DNA of 64,000 nt from Stegostoma tigrinum (taxonomy: Eukaryota). The notes beneath the pieces were generated by a model. The model worked only from the letters and a program-made list of their open reading frames with translations. It was not told the DNA's origin and did no database searches. The position numbers were made by a program, and so were the translations under genes. Location of the stretch: NCBI RefSeq assembly GCF_030684315.1, contig NC_081365.1, positions 17,112,001-17,176,000 of the forward strand, read 5' to 3'. Below, piece after piece: positions 37,036 to 50,500 of this stretch (position 1 is the stretch's first letter; every line of letters begins with the position of its first letter).

Positions 37036-37331
37036 TTTTCCTAGGATGGTGACGGTGAGCACAAGGGGGCATAGCTTTAAATTGAGGGGTGAAAAATATA
37101 CAACAGATGTCAGAGGTAGTTTCTTTACTCAGAGAGTAGTAAGGGAATGGAACGTTTTGCCTGCAACAGTAGTAGATTCGCCAACTTTAGGTACATTTAA
37201 GTCGTCATTGGATAAGCATATGGACGTACATGGAATAATGTAGGTTAGATGGGCTTGAGATCGGTATGACAGGTCGGCACAACATCGAGGGCCGAAGGGC
37301 CTGTACTGTGCTGTTATGTTCTATGTTCTAT
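37036..37331 (+). mobile_element. CR1 3' fragment (young subfamily)
   Basis: Near-identical to 4240-4548. Confidence 0.9.
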
Positions 37332-40300
37332 GGAAGGCGATGGGCTAATGGTATTAATGTTGGACTGTTAATTCAGAGACCCAGATAACCCAGTGTCAAG
37401 TCCTGCCCAGAGCAGATGGTGGAATTTAAATGCAATAAAATATCTGGAATTAAGAATCTAATGATGATCGTGAATCCATTGTCGATTGTTGGAGAAACCC
37501 ACCTGGCTCATAATGTCCTGTAGGGAAGGAAGCTGCCAACCTCACCTGGTCTGGCCGACATGTGACTCCAGACCCACAGCAATGTGGATGACACTGGACA
37601 ATTCGGGACTGGCAATAAAAGCTGTCTAGCCAGTGATGTCCTTATCCCGTTAATGAACAAAGGGGAAAAAAGTAGTTACACGAGTAACTGTTCAGCCCGT
37701 TCAGGCTTATTCAATCTATGTAGTGTATATCCCTCCATAAGTAAGGGGAAAATAGCTAAAAACAGTGTTCCAGGTGTGGTCTCATCAACATCCTGTATAG
37801 TGGTAGCAATAAATCCTTACTTTTGTATTCCATCCACTTCAGAATAGAGTCAACATTCCATTTATCTTCCTAATCTGTACTCACAGGTTGTACCCATATG
37901 CTAGCCATTTGTTTCATATACAAGGGCACCAGATCCCTCTGTACCTTAGCATTCTGCAGTCAATCTCTAATCAATTAGTATTCCATCTTGCTATATTCTA
38001 CCAAAGTGGACAACTTCATTACTTCTCACATTATACCGCATCTGCCAGACTTTTTGCCCACACTTTTAATTATCTATACTCTTTGCAGAATTTGTTTCTT
38101 CTCTACACAATTTGATTTCCTACCTATCTTTGCATCATTGACAAATTTGGCTACAATACTGTTGGTCCATATCAGTCACTCAAGTCAACAATATCGATAG
38201 GAAATAGTTGAAGCCCAAGTATGATCTTTGCAATATCCCATTAATTATAGTTGCCAACCTGAAAATGATTTGCTTATCCTAACCATCTACTTCCTGTTAG
38301 TAAATCAATCCTCTATCCATTATAACATACCACTCCCCAACATCATAAGCTCTCTCCCATTTTATCTTTTCATTTTATTTTCAGATCCACTTTAGCTAAC
38401 TCTGTCTTCATGCCCCTATTTAAATTGAACATACTAGTTCCAGACCTACATTTCTCACCCTCAAAGTGAATGTCATATTCATCATATTGTGATCACTCTT
38501 ACCTAAAGGATCCTTAGAAACTTAGAAAATAGGAGCAAGTGTCAGCCATTCAACCTTTCCGGCCTACTCCACCATTCAATGTGATCATGATTGATCATTC
38601 AACTCAGTATCGTGTTCCACTTTCTCCCTATGCCTTTTGATGCCTTTAGTCCTAAGGATAATACCTAACTCCTTCTTGAAAACATTCAATATTTTGGCTT
38701 CAGCTACTTTTGGTGGTAGAGAATTCCACAGGCTCACCATGGTCAGGGTGAAGTAATATACCATTAGGCCATTAACTAATCCAGTCTCATTACATATTGC
38801 CAACTCTAAAATCGCCTGCTTGCAACCAGAATTTGTTGTTCTAGGAGGCAGTCCCTTATATACTCTATGAACTCATCCTCCAAGCTACTCGTACCAATTT
38901 GATTCATCTAATCTACACGAAGAATAAAATCTCCCAGGTTACTAAAATGTGTTTTTACACATCTAATTTCTTCCTGATATATACTTCATTCAACAGTGTA
39001 GCTCCTGTGAGCAAGGCTATAAACTGAACACACTAACGACTCCCTTTATTTGCTATTTCATACCTCTACCTGAACTGATCTGACTTTTTAATAAAGCTGG
39101 CTAGAGTAATGAAGAAATTTATAGAGAAAGAAAGGAAAGAGGCACTGGTGGAAGGGAGGTTAACGCTTTTACAGTATATTGCAGACTTGGCATCCCAAAT
39201 TGGGCCAGGAATGGAAATCAATCCCATTCTGATTTAATCCTTTCACTTCAACCAGCATAGACTTTGATCTTCCGAACAATTCATTCGATTTTCAAAAACT
39301 TGGCTTCCATCAGTTCAATCAAATGTTTACGCTATCTGTCAGTTAAATTCTTACTTCAGCTGTAAAAATTGATTTGAAACCTAATAAGCAATAGCCCTTC
39401 TATTTATACATGCAGACCTAAAGGTTTTGAAGCACTTCTCACAATTAATTGTATTAAATGGGTTATCTAAACTATATCAGCACTATTCCCATTCAAAGCA
39501 ACAAGACCAAGGAGTACTCATTGAAGGTATATTCCACCGTGCTAAATAAGGCATGCCTCAAGCAGATCTAACAACTCAAAACTGGGCATCCATGAGGTGC
39601 TGTGGATGATCAACAGTGACAGAATTGTACTCCAACAAAATTTACAATCTCATGGCTCAGTATGAGACTATCATCAAATTGGGCATGCCAAGAGTGTTAT
39701 CTAAAAATGACGTGTCACCCAGTGAACGTATAAATCAGGCTGCTTGTATGCCAAACAGTGAAGGCAGTGTACTATATACAAGACTAAGCTATCCTACAAC
39801 CAACAGGTCAGATCCAAGCTCTGCAGTGCTGCCTCATTCATTCATGGACAGAGGTGGACAATAAAATGAGGAGGTGAAGGAGGAGGCTCTACCCAACAAT
39901 ATGGAAAATTGTCCAACTATGTCATGTCCAGACAAACCAGGACAAATTTAACCGGGACAAATATGGCCCAATTGCTCTGCCGTTGATCATCAGCAAAAGG
40001 ACATCAATAGTGTTATTAAGCACAACCTGGAAATGAGTGTCCAGCTCACTGACACTCAGTTTGGGTTTCACTGGAGCAACTCAGCACATCTCACATCTCT
40101 ACCCAGCCTTGCAATTAATTTATATTCATATAACCAATGAATTCCTTCGAAGAAACCATAATTCAGTCTGTCTCCACTACACTCTGACCTGCAGTATGTT
40201 CCAGCCCCTAGCTATTCACATGTATTAAAACATTTAGTTTTTTTCAAGTATTTCATGTATAAGGATGTCACTGGCTCGGTTGTTATCCATCCTCAAGTGC

Positions 40301-41457
40301 ACTGGAGAAGGCGGTAGTGAGATGCCTTCTTGAACCACTGCAGCCCTTGCAGTCCAAGGGGTAGCCACAGTGTCACTAGGAAGATGATTCCAAGATTTTG
40401 ACCCAGTGACGGTAGTGGAATGGTGATATTGCTCCAAATTAGAATGGTATGTGGCTTGGAGGGGAACTTGCAGATGGTGGTACCTCTATGCATTTTCTGC
40501 CCTTGTTGGTCACAGATTTGGAAGGTGCTTTGAAGGAGTCTTGCTGATTGAGCGCAGTGCATCTTGTACTGCTGCCACTGTGCACCGGTGGTAAAAGGAA
40601 GTGAATATTGCAGGTGTTAGATAATGTCCAAGCTACTTTGTCCTGATGGTGTGAAGATTCTTGAGCCTTATTGAAGTTGAACAAATCCTGGCTTGTGCCT
40701 TATAGACAATGGGAAACCACTCAGGATACAAGAATTGAGCTATTAGCAGCAGAAGCACCTGCCTTTGATCTGTTCTTGCAACCACAGTATTTATATGGCT
40801 GGTCTACTTCAGTTACTGATCAATGTTAATCCTATTGCTATTGATCAACAATGTTGTTGATTTATTGAGTAGGAATGTCATAATGCTAAAGTCACTTAAC
40901 AAGTAATCCAAAATCCGCACTAATGTTCTGGAGTCAAGGCTTCAAACTGCACCACTATAGATAATGAAATGTGAATCTGATTTTTAAAAATGCTGGCCTA
41001 ATGGTGACCATGTGATCACTTTTGATAGTTGCAAAGAAAAACCCATTTAGTTTATGAATGCCTTTTAGGAAAGGAAATCTTTTGTCCTTACATGGTTTGG
41101 CCAACATGTGGCTCCAGACCTATAGTAATACCGTTGATGTTTAAGTAACTTCTGAAATGTCCCAGCAAGTCACTCAGTTCAAGAGCAATTAGGGATAAGC
41201 AACAAATGCTGGTTGGGCCAATGATGCCCACATCCCATGAGCTATTGGGAAGAAGCAAGCAATAGTAATGCCATTGAACATTAAGTTTTTTAGGGTACAT
41301 ATACCAAAACTTAGTTTCCTGTTATTTTCCCAAAAGTCAGACAAATTGAATTGAAACTCAGAGTAGCCTGAAGCAATGCCCGTCAAATTTGTTCGTTCTT
41401 CATGTTAGATCTTTGTAAGGTTGGGACACTAATGTTAATGAAATTCATTGTGCTCAC

Positions 41458-41519
41458 CTTCAAGGTATAAATATTTTCTATCCTGGACTGTGAGTCTGCC
41501 TGAATAGTTGCAGGAGCAG
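41458..41519 (-). CDS. IGSF5: IGSF5 cytoplasmic exon (APATIQADSQSRIENIYTLK)
   Basis: Acceptor ttgtttcttgatcag, donor GAAG|gtgagc; open and phase-compatible with the preceding exon. Confidence 0.72.
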
Positions 41520-44500
41520 CTGATCAAGAAACAAATACAACAAGCAACATAAAATTAGATGACGTTACTTTGCATTCAAAATCAATGTAAATAAACTGCA
41601 TTTTATTCACCACATAAGTTAGTTCAAAAATATACTTTGACTGTCATTGAGCATGTCAGCATCCATTAATTTTTATGGACAGTTTTTTTCTAAGCCTTTT
41701 CTTCCTATGATCTGTTTCTATCTAGCATTATGTAGAGAGTGGAGAAATGTTAGACTTGAGCAAATGATAGCTCTGAAAGCAGACTGTTTGTCTGTGGGGC
41801 CAATTCCAATAAAATTGAAAGAAATCTTGGAACCAGATAATGGTGCAACACAGAAGGAGATCATTTGGCTTCTGAACTCAACATCAGTGCTTTCAAACAG
41901 AAATCATTTAGTATTGCACATGGGGAGGCAACGGTACTGTTTCCTAGACTGTTAATTCAGAAATTCTGCTTATGCTGTGGCTGCCCAGGTTTAAATCTTG
42001 CCCTGGCAGGCTGTAGCATTTGAATCCCGAAAAAAGAAAACCTGGAATTAGGAGTTGAATGACCATGAATTGATATAAAACAAAAGAACTGTGGATGCTG
42101 TAAATCAGGAGCAAAAGCAAAGTTGCTGGAAAAGTCCAGCAGGTCTGGCAGCATCTGTGAATAAAAGGGCAGAGTTGTGAGTTCCGAGGAAGGGTCACTG
42201 GACCCGAAATGTTAAATCAGTTTTTCTCCTTCACAGATGCTGCCAGACCTGCTGAGCTTTTCCAGCCACTTTGTTTTTGTTTTTCCTAACCATGAATTGA
42301 TTATTGGGAAAGCCCATGTGGTTTACTAACGTCCTTTCAGAAAGGAAACTGCCGTCTTTATGCCTGGTCTCCAGACCCACAGTAATGTAGGTGATTCTCA
42401 ACTGCCCACTGGGGCAATTAGGGATGGGCAGTAAATGTTGGCCCAGCGCACATGCCCAGATCAATGAATTTAACAAAAAAGCTTTTTGTCCCATGACCCT
42501 GCAATCTTCCTTCCTATTAGTTTTATTACTTTTCTCTACAGTGGAATGTACATACATTACCCTATCAGACTGGGAATTCCAAATCCTACCCAATTGCCAC
42601 GTTAAAAAAGAGTTTTGTCCTTACATGAACATAGTCTGTCCTCTGCTAATTACAAGGATGAAGTTCCTATAGCCTAACTCTCTCATCACACAGAGAGAGA
42701 AAGAGAGAGGGAGATGACAGGTGATGGTCTAACCTAAAGGTCACCATACCTCAGGTGAGGGGAGAATAAAGAAAGAGATTCTTTCATGGTGACTCAACCA
42801 ATGTGGGATCTGAACCCGTGCTGTTGGCATCACCCAATATTGCAAAGCAGCCAACCAATTCGAGCTAACCCATTTCATCCATTGGAAATGGTCTCACTGG
42901 GCTGAATTTTCCCAACCACTGAATGATGTGGGCAATGATATATTGCTTGGGAAAGAACAAAAAAGCAACTCTTCAGATGCCAAGGCAAGCAGAGCAGTTT
43001 TCCACTTGAGATTTGGACAGCAAGATGAGGAGCGAGAAGACTGTTTGCACCCATTAACATCTCACCATTACTTACCCTCACCTCATCCTTATGCATTTTA
43101 GTGTTCCGTCACACAGTAGACAGAAACAAGATGGTGACAGTTCTCAACATGAAAGGCACAGCAAGTACCCGGTGGCTCTGCTTTAAAGCTGAACTTTGGA
43201 GTGTAGTGAAGAAGATTATCTCATAGTTCTGCGAGACCTTGATCAATTGGGCCAATGGGCAGAGAAATGGCAATTGGACTTTAATGTGAGGTGTTACATT
43301 TGGTAATGCAAACCAGGACAGGACTTATACAGCTAATGGTAAAGCCTTGGGGCATGTTGCCAAACTAAGAGACCTAGGGGTACGGATGCACAGTCCCTTG
43401 GAAGTAGAGTTGCAGATAGACATGATAGTGAAAAAGGCATTCGCTTTGCTTGCCTTCACTGGTCAGTACACTGAATATAGGAGTTGGGAGGTCATGTTGC
43501 AGCTGCACAGGACATTGGTGATGCCACTTGCTATAGGAAGGATGTTGTGAAGCTTGAAAAGGTTTAGAAAATATTTATAAGGATGTTGCCGAGATAGGAA
43601 GGATTGAACAGTAGAGAGAGGATGAATAGGCTGGGATTTTATCCCTGGGGCATCAGAGGCTGAGTGGTGACCTTATAGAGGTTTCCAAAATCATGAGGGG
43701 GCATGGATAGGGTGAATAGCCAAGGTTTTTTTTAACCTATGATAGGGGAGTCCAAAACTAGATGGCATAAGTTGAAGGTGAAAGGGGAAAGATTTAAAAG
43801 AGGTGTGTGGGGTACATTTTTATGCAGAGTGTGGTACGTGTGGAATGAGTTGCCAGAAGACATAGTAGAGGCTGGTACAATTACAACATTTAAAAGGCAT
43901 CTCAAAGAGGTACATGAAAAGAAGGGTTTAGAGGGATATGGGCCAAATGCTGGCAAATTGGGATTAGGTTAACTTAAGATATTTGGTTGGTGAGTTGCAC
44001 TGAAGGGTCTGTTTCCATACTGTTCTTGTGTATTAGTGTATGGTCGTCGAAGTGGATTTTAACTTCTTTCTCAAATACTGTTTCTACAAGCCTTCCCACA
44101 CTGGCACTAAACTGACTGGCCTGTAATTTCTAGATTTATTATTCTCCACTTTCTTGAATTTTGCTCATCTCCTTTCCTGATCTTCCAATGCTTTGACACC
44201 AGGCATTTATCTACTGAGAATCAGAAGCTCTTGGCCAGGATCCTGCAATTTCTGTTCTGCCTTCCTTTAGTAAGCTTGAATGGATCCTATCCAGACTTAC
44301 TTATTTCATTCTGTCTGCCTCTCTCATACCTCCTCTTATTTTTGTCGCCATTATTCAGGTATGCATCTTGTTTACCATAATTTAGATAAACTTCCATGCA
44401 AATTACTCATGTCAAATTTCAATCATGCTTGCTACCTCCAGCAGTACATCTCCATGTTAGTTTCTAAATGGCTCCATCAGTCCCTTGACTGGTAATTGGC

Positions 44501-47500
44501 CTTTGAACTGCCTTTACTTTCTCTTTTGCAGCAGTATAAATTGCTACAGCAGAAGAAGAGGCCATTCAACCCATTATGAATTGCTGGTGTTCAAAGACCT
44601 CCAACTATTCCCATTGCCCTGTTCTTTCCCCGCTGAGAATTCTCAGAAAGTCTCCTTTGACAGTGTGATTCAACCTACATCATTTAACCTGCCTGCCACC
44701 TTTTCATGCCATGCATTCTGTAAAAATCAAACCATAAAACAAATTCTCATGCTTTGATAGTCACGTGGTTACCAACCTTCTTCCAATGGAAACAGCTTCA
44801 CCCTATCTAGAGGCATAGAGCCATAGAGATGTCAAGCACAGATGCAGATCATTCTGTCTAACTCGTCCATGCCAACCAAATATCGTAAATAGATCTAGTC
44901 CCATTTGCTGGTATTTGGCCCAAATTCCTCAAAACCCTTCCTATTCATATATCCATCCAGATGCCTTTAAATGCCTCCACCACTTCTTCTAGCAGCACAT
45001 TCAAACATGCACCACTTTCTGTGTGAAAATGTTGCCCCTTACGTCCCTTTTAAATATTTCTCCTCCCACCTTAAACTAATGTGCTCTAGTTTTGGACTCC
45101 CCCACTCCAGGGAAAAAACATTGTCTATTTATCCTATCCATGCCTTTCATGATTTTATAAACCTCAGTCTCCGGCACTCCAGGGAAAATAGCCCCAGTCT
45201 GTTCAACCTCAATGACAGCTCAAACTCCCCAATCCTGGCATCATCCTTGTAAATCTTTTCCGAACCCTTTCAAGTTTCACAACATCCTTCATATAGCTTT
45301 GCTCTATCAAAACCTCTCATGCTTGTCAATATCTGTACTAAGTCCTTTTTAACCTCTGCTCTTCAGAGAACATGCCTACCCTTCTCTATCTTCCCACTGC
45401 ACCGCAGCAACTCACCAAGGCTCCTTCGATAGCATCTTTCACACTCATGACTACTTCCATCCAGAAGGACAAGGGCAGCAGATACATGGGAATCTCAAAC
45501 TCCTATAAGTTACCCTCCAAGGCACTCACTGTCATGACATGGACCTAAATTACCATTACTATACTGATACTAGATCAAGAAAATATAACTGCCTTCAGAA
45601 CTTGACTGCAGGTCACCCCAACACTGTAGCAATTCAAGAAGCCAGCTCCCCACCACATTCTCAAGGGCATTTAGGGATAGGTCATAAACGCTAGCCCAGT
45701 CCATCAAGCCCACATCTCACAAATAAGTAATGAATGAAGAGTTAGTCTAATTTCCTTGCTTTTTCCTTTTATATTGCACCATTTTTCTTTTGTGTTATTA
45801 TTGTCTATTTTCCAACTTGTTGATCCTTTGCCTATTTCCTAATTTGTTGATCCTTTGCCTCCTTAACATTTACTAAATGAAAAGCTGTATTTTCCCCATC
45901 ATTAAGCTCCTTCTGCTGGATACAAGAGGATCATTTTTTAAATACTCTTTCACTCAGTTTACAGTGTCAACCCGTCCTGAGTGAAGAGGTGACACCCAAT
46001 CTTTTGCCCTGCAAATTTTTTTAAGTGATTTGGATATCAGTACAAATTTATCTCAAAATATTTACCTAAATTAAAGTTTGCCGAGAAGACTGATTTAGGG
46101 GCATGTAAAGTCTCTAAGACAAGTTTGCTCAATGATGTCAACAGATTTGTTAATACAGAGAGATGTGCATTTCATCACCTACCAGAAGGGAAGATTAAAT
46201 CATCCACGCTTTCAGAAGACATTCCGAAATTTTCCAGCCCAGAGCTTTTCTCATCAACTACAGTTTTCTCAAGAGTTTTCCTCTTTGATATTTTTCTAAG
46301 AGTGACAAAAAGAGGAGCAGGGTCAAAATGGAATTTGTACAAATGTAAAATCTGATCTAGAAAATTATACGTAGGCTGTTAAATGGCTGAGAGTGAGTAA
46401 CAGGATTGTTTATTTCTCAATAGTGCAACAGGGCAAATAAGCTCTGATCAAAATGACAATGACCAAATGCATTTAAGCACAGGGGGAAGAATTTTTACAA
46501 AACACTAGAAGCAGGAATAAAACAGGGCCCATCCCACTATTTATGCAATTAATTCATTGCACAGTTATATAAGGGATCTGGGATTAACATCAGCTGCATA
46601 CGTGATGATGATACATTAATTATATCTGAGTCAACAGAGTTAGAATGGAGCAGAAGATCTGGGTTAATAAAATGTGGGGCTGGATGAACACAGCAGGCCA
46701 AGCAGCATCTCAGGAGCACAAAAGCTGACGTTTCGGGCCTAGACCCTTCATCAGAGAGGGGGATGGGGGGAGGGAACTGGAACAAATACGGAGAGAGGGG
46801 GAGGCGGACCGAAGATGGAGAGTAAAGAAGATAGGTGGAGAGGGTGTAGGTGGGGAGGTAGGGAGGGGATAGGTCAGTCCAGGGAAGACGGACAGGTCAA
46901 GGAGGTGGGATGAGGTTAGTAGGTAGCTGGGGGTGCGGCTTGGGGTGGGAGGAAGGGATGGGTGAGAGGAAGAACCGGTTAGGGAGGCAGAGACAGGTTG
47001 GACTGGTTTTGGGATGCAGTGGGTGGGGGGGAAGAGCTGGGCTGGTTGTGTGGTGCAGTGGGGGGAGGGGATGAACTGGGCTGGTTTAGGGATGCAGTGG
47101 GGGAAGGGGAGATTTTGAAACCACACAACCAGCCCAGCTCTTCCCCCCCACCCACTGCATCCCAAAACCAGTCCAACCTGTCTCTGCCTCCCTAACCGGT
47201 TCTTCCTCTCACCCATCCCTTCCTCCCACCCCAAGCCGCACCCCCAGCTACCTACTAACCTCATCCCACCTCCTTGACCTGTCCGTCTTCCCTGGACTGA
47301 CCTATCCCCTCCCTACCTCCCCACCTACACCCTCTCCACCTATCTTCTTTACTCTCCATCTTCGGTCCGCCTCCCCCTCTCTCCCTATTTATTCCAGTTC
47401 CCTCCCCCCATCCCCCTCTCTGATGAAGGGTCTAGGCCCGAAACGTCAGCTTTTGTGCTCCTGAGATGCTGCTTGGCCTGCTGTGTTCATCCAGCCCCAC

Positions 47501-50500
47501 ATTTTATTATCTTGGAATCTCCAGCATCTGCAGTTCCCATTATCTCAGAAGATCTGGGTTTCTTATTTACACAGATCAAGCTACAAACTAATGGTTCTTG
47601 CAGAAAGTACTTTGGATTTAAGCAGTAGACGTTTGAATGACTAAACAGTGTGAAACAGAATCCAACTTCAGGACAAAGCAGTAACTTTCGTATTCAACGC
47701 ATAGAGGTGAGGCCAACTGGCCTGGTGAATGAACAAAGGGGCCTGTGCCTGTATAACCTGATAACCCTTCAGCTGTTAATTAACAAGAATCTATCTGCCT
47801 CTGCCTTAAAAAAACATGCATTAGACTCTGCTTTCATCTTTCTTAGAAAGAAAACTCCAATGACTAATGATCGTCTGAGAGAAAAATATTTGCTTCATCT
47901 CTAAATAGGCGATACTTAATTTGTGAACTATCCATGGCCCCTTGTTTTAGTCTCCCCAGAAGTGGTGACGTTTTTCTATGCTGACTTTAACAGAAATGGG
48001 TGGGAATGCGAGTGACTAAAGATGACACAAAGAGTCTGCAGAGGGACATGGGCAGCGAGTAGGCAAAAACTTGGAAGATGCTGAAAAATGTGAGATCATC
48101 ACATTTGGCATGGAGAATAGAGGTGGTGCATTTAGCAGGAAGTATTGAAAGCAAATGGAACACTGGCATGTATCTCGAAGAGAATGGGTTATAAAAAATG
48201 AGGTAGTCTTGCTAAAACCATATAAGGCACGAGAGAGCAACTAGAAGACTGCAAGCAAAATTTTGGTTCCCTTATCTAAGGAAAGATATACTGGCATTGG
48301 TGGCTGTGATGGAATTGTTCACGAGGCTGAGTACAGATTTGCAGGATCTAGAGCCAAAACATCAGCTTTCCTGCTCCTCTGATGCTGCTTGGTCTGCTGT
48401 GTTCATCCAGCTCTACACCTTGTTATCACAGATATGCAGTGATTGTCTTCTGGAGAGAGGCTGAGTAAGTTAGACCTGTACTCACTGGAGTTTGGAGAAT
48501 GAGAGACATCCTTATTGAAGTATAAAAGATTCTCAGGGGACTTGACAGTGTAGGTGTGGAAAGGTCGTTTTCTTTTGTGGGAGACTCTTGCAACCAGAGG
48601 GCATAATCTTAGACAGAATTTAAGACAGAAATGAGAAGGAATCGAAGGAATTATTTACAATAATGGGTTATAAAGGCCGGGTCATTAAGTTTATTCAAGG
48701 CTGAGGTCGGCAGATTTTTAATCAGCAATGGTTGTCTATCACCAGCTTGGCTATGACTGCCCTACCTCGGATTAAATCTGGTCTGCACCATTCAGTATAA
48801 CACTGGGCAATCTGGAATATGACACATTTTCCATTTGCACAACATTCTAAAAGATCCTATCGCTGATGTTTACCTTATTTCATCTTGATAACTTGATTCT
48901 AGGAGGAAAAGAAAAGTACAGCTGTAATTTTAAAATTGTCAATTATTTAATTAAAAGTACTTTGAAGATAACAAAAGAATTTCTCAGGTAGCTCTTGCTG
49001 TTTTCTCAATTGGAATGTTCTTTCTAATGCAAGTTGATATCTTAGCTGGGTCTTTGTGCACCTATATCTTTGTGTGTTAAGCTGGAGGAGCAGGAATTTA
49101 TTTTGTGTCACACATAGATGAAAAGCCAAAGCAGACAGTTCAAGTCATGATTGAAGCTGAATGGATGTGGTAAGTCATAACCTCACGCTTAGAAGATTGC
49201 AGATTTGCATTCTAAAAACCTCTAATAACTGAATTAAAGAAAATAGTAAGGAGCTTCGCTGCTTTAAAGGCAATATGCTGGCATTGAAGATAATGTAATT
49301 AATTTAAAGGGCCAAAGTAATAACTTCAAATAAATCTCTGAGGATGTGCAGTGGACTGAACGCACTGCAGTGATTTTATTTCAATTAATTTTGGTCCAAC
49401 TTAGGTGACAAACTGACCACTGATTAGTTTTCTTTGGCACACTTTGGCCCACAGTATAGTACTTGATTATTGATGAGAAAAGAGGCACTCTTACAGTCAT
49501 CAGAACTGAATTGCAAGAATACGAAATCTTAAATGGAATAACAATTCTTGCACTTCTGTCCTGATGAAGCATAAAATGAAAAACTTTGACTGCATGGCAC
49601 TTTTTCAACAGTAATCTATATTTAACTTGTTTATGTGGATGGCATGAACACACGGCGAATTCCTGAAAAGTAATGAATAGCATTTGCAAATGCAAGAAGT
49701 AAACTTTCTAGTTGTTTGTAGAGGTATCATTTGGGGGCTATTTTTCAAATGGTTCTCAGTGGCCTACTCAAGATCATTGCATTCCTACGTCCCTTTTCTG
49801 TCTCCCTTTAAACTGCAGAATTTAGTTTCTTTGTGGTAAAGCTTTTAGTGCACCCTTTCTACTTGAAATAAATCAAACATCAAAAGCCTTGAGAGCAAAG
49901 ACAAAATCAGATATAGTTACTGAAGTCAGGATTACCTGCAATACATTAAATTCTGCAACAATCAGATGATGAATTTTAGGGACAAGAATGTCCTACTTGT
50001 ATGAAAATTATGATTATACAACATCAAACCAGTATCCACTTTTACCTTGTATAGATCATAGAATCCCCGCAGTGTGGAAACAGGCCCTTCAGCCCAAGCA
50101 GTCCACACATATTCAGGGCATCCCACCCAGGTCCATCCCGCCATAAGCCATCTAATCTACACATCCCTGAACACTACAGGCAATTTAGCATGACCAATCC
50201 ACCTAGCCTGTACATCTTTGGATTGCAAGAGGAAACCGGAGCAAACGCACGCGGACACAGGGAGAATGTGCAAACTCCACACGGTTGCCTGAGGATGGAA
50301 TTGAACCCAAGTCCCTGGTGCTGTGAGGCAACAGTGCCAACCAAGGTGCCACGGTGCTGCCCAAAGATTGGATTCAAATCCCATTATTTGCCGTGGTGGG
50401 ATTCAAGCCGAAGGTCCTCAAATATTACCTGGGTCTTGAAATTAACAGTCCAGAGATAATACCACCAGGCCATCACCTCCTCCTTGTGCATTACGAATTT

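Noticed and set aside
43065-43100. ATG..GAG|gtgag or gtaag donor resembling a PCP4 first exon
   Set aside because: Does not encode MSE and lies inside an IGSF5 intron. No PCP4 exon was recognised anywhere in the window.
49936-49952. Possible 17-nt IGSF5 microexon (cag|aatttaatgtattgcag|gtaatc)
   Set aside because: Wrong phase for the downstream exons; the 25-nt exon at 48874-48898 fits and has a better acceptor.
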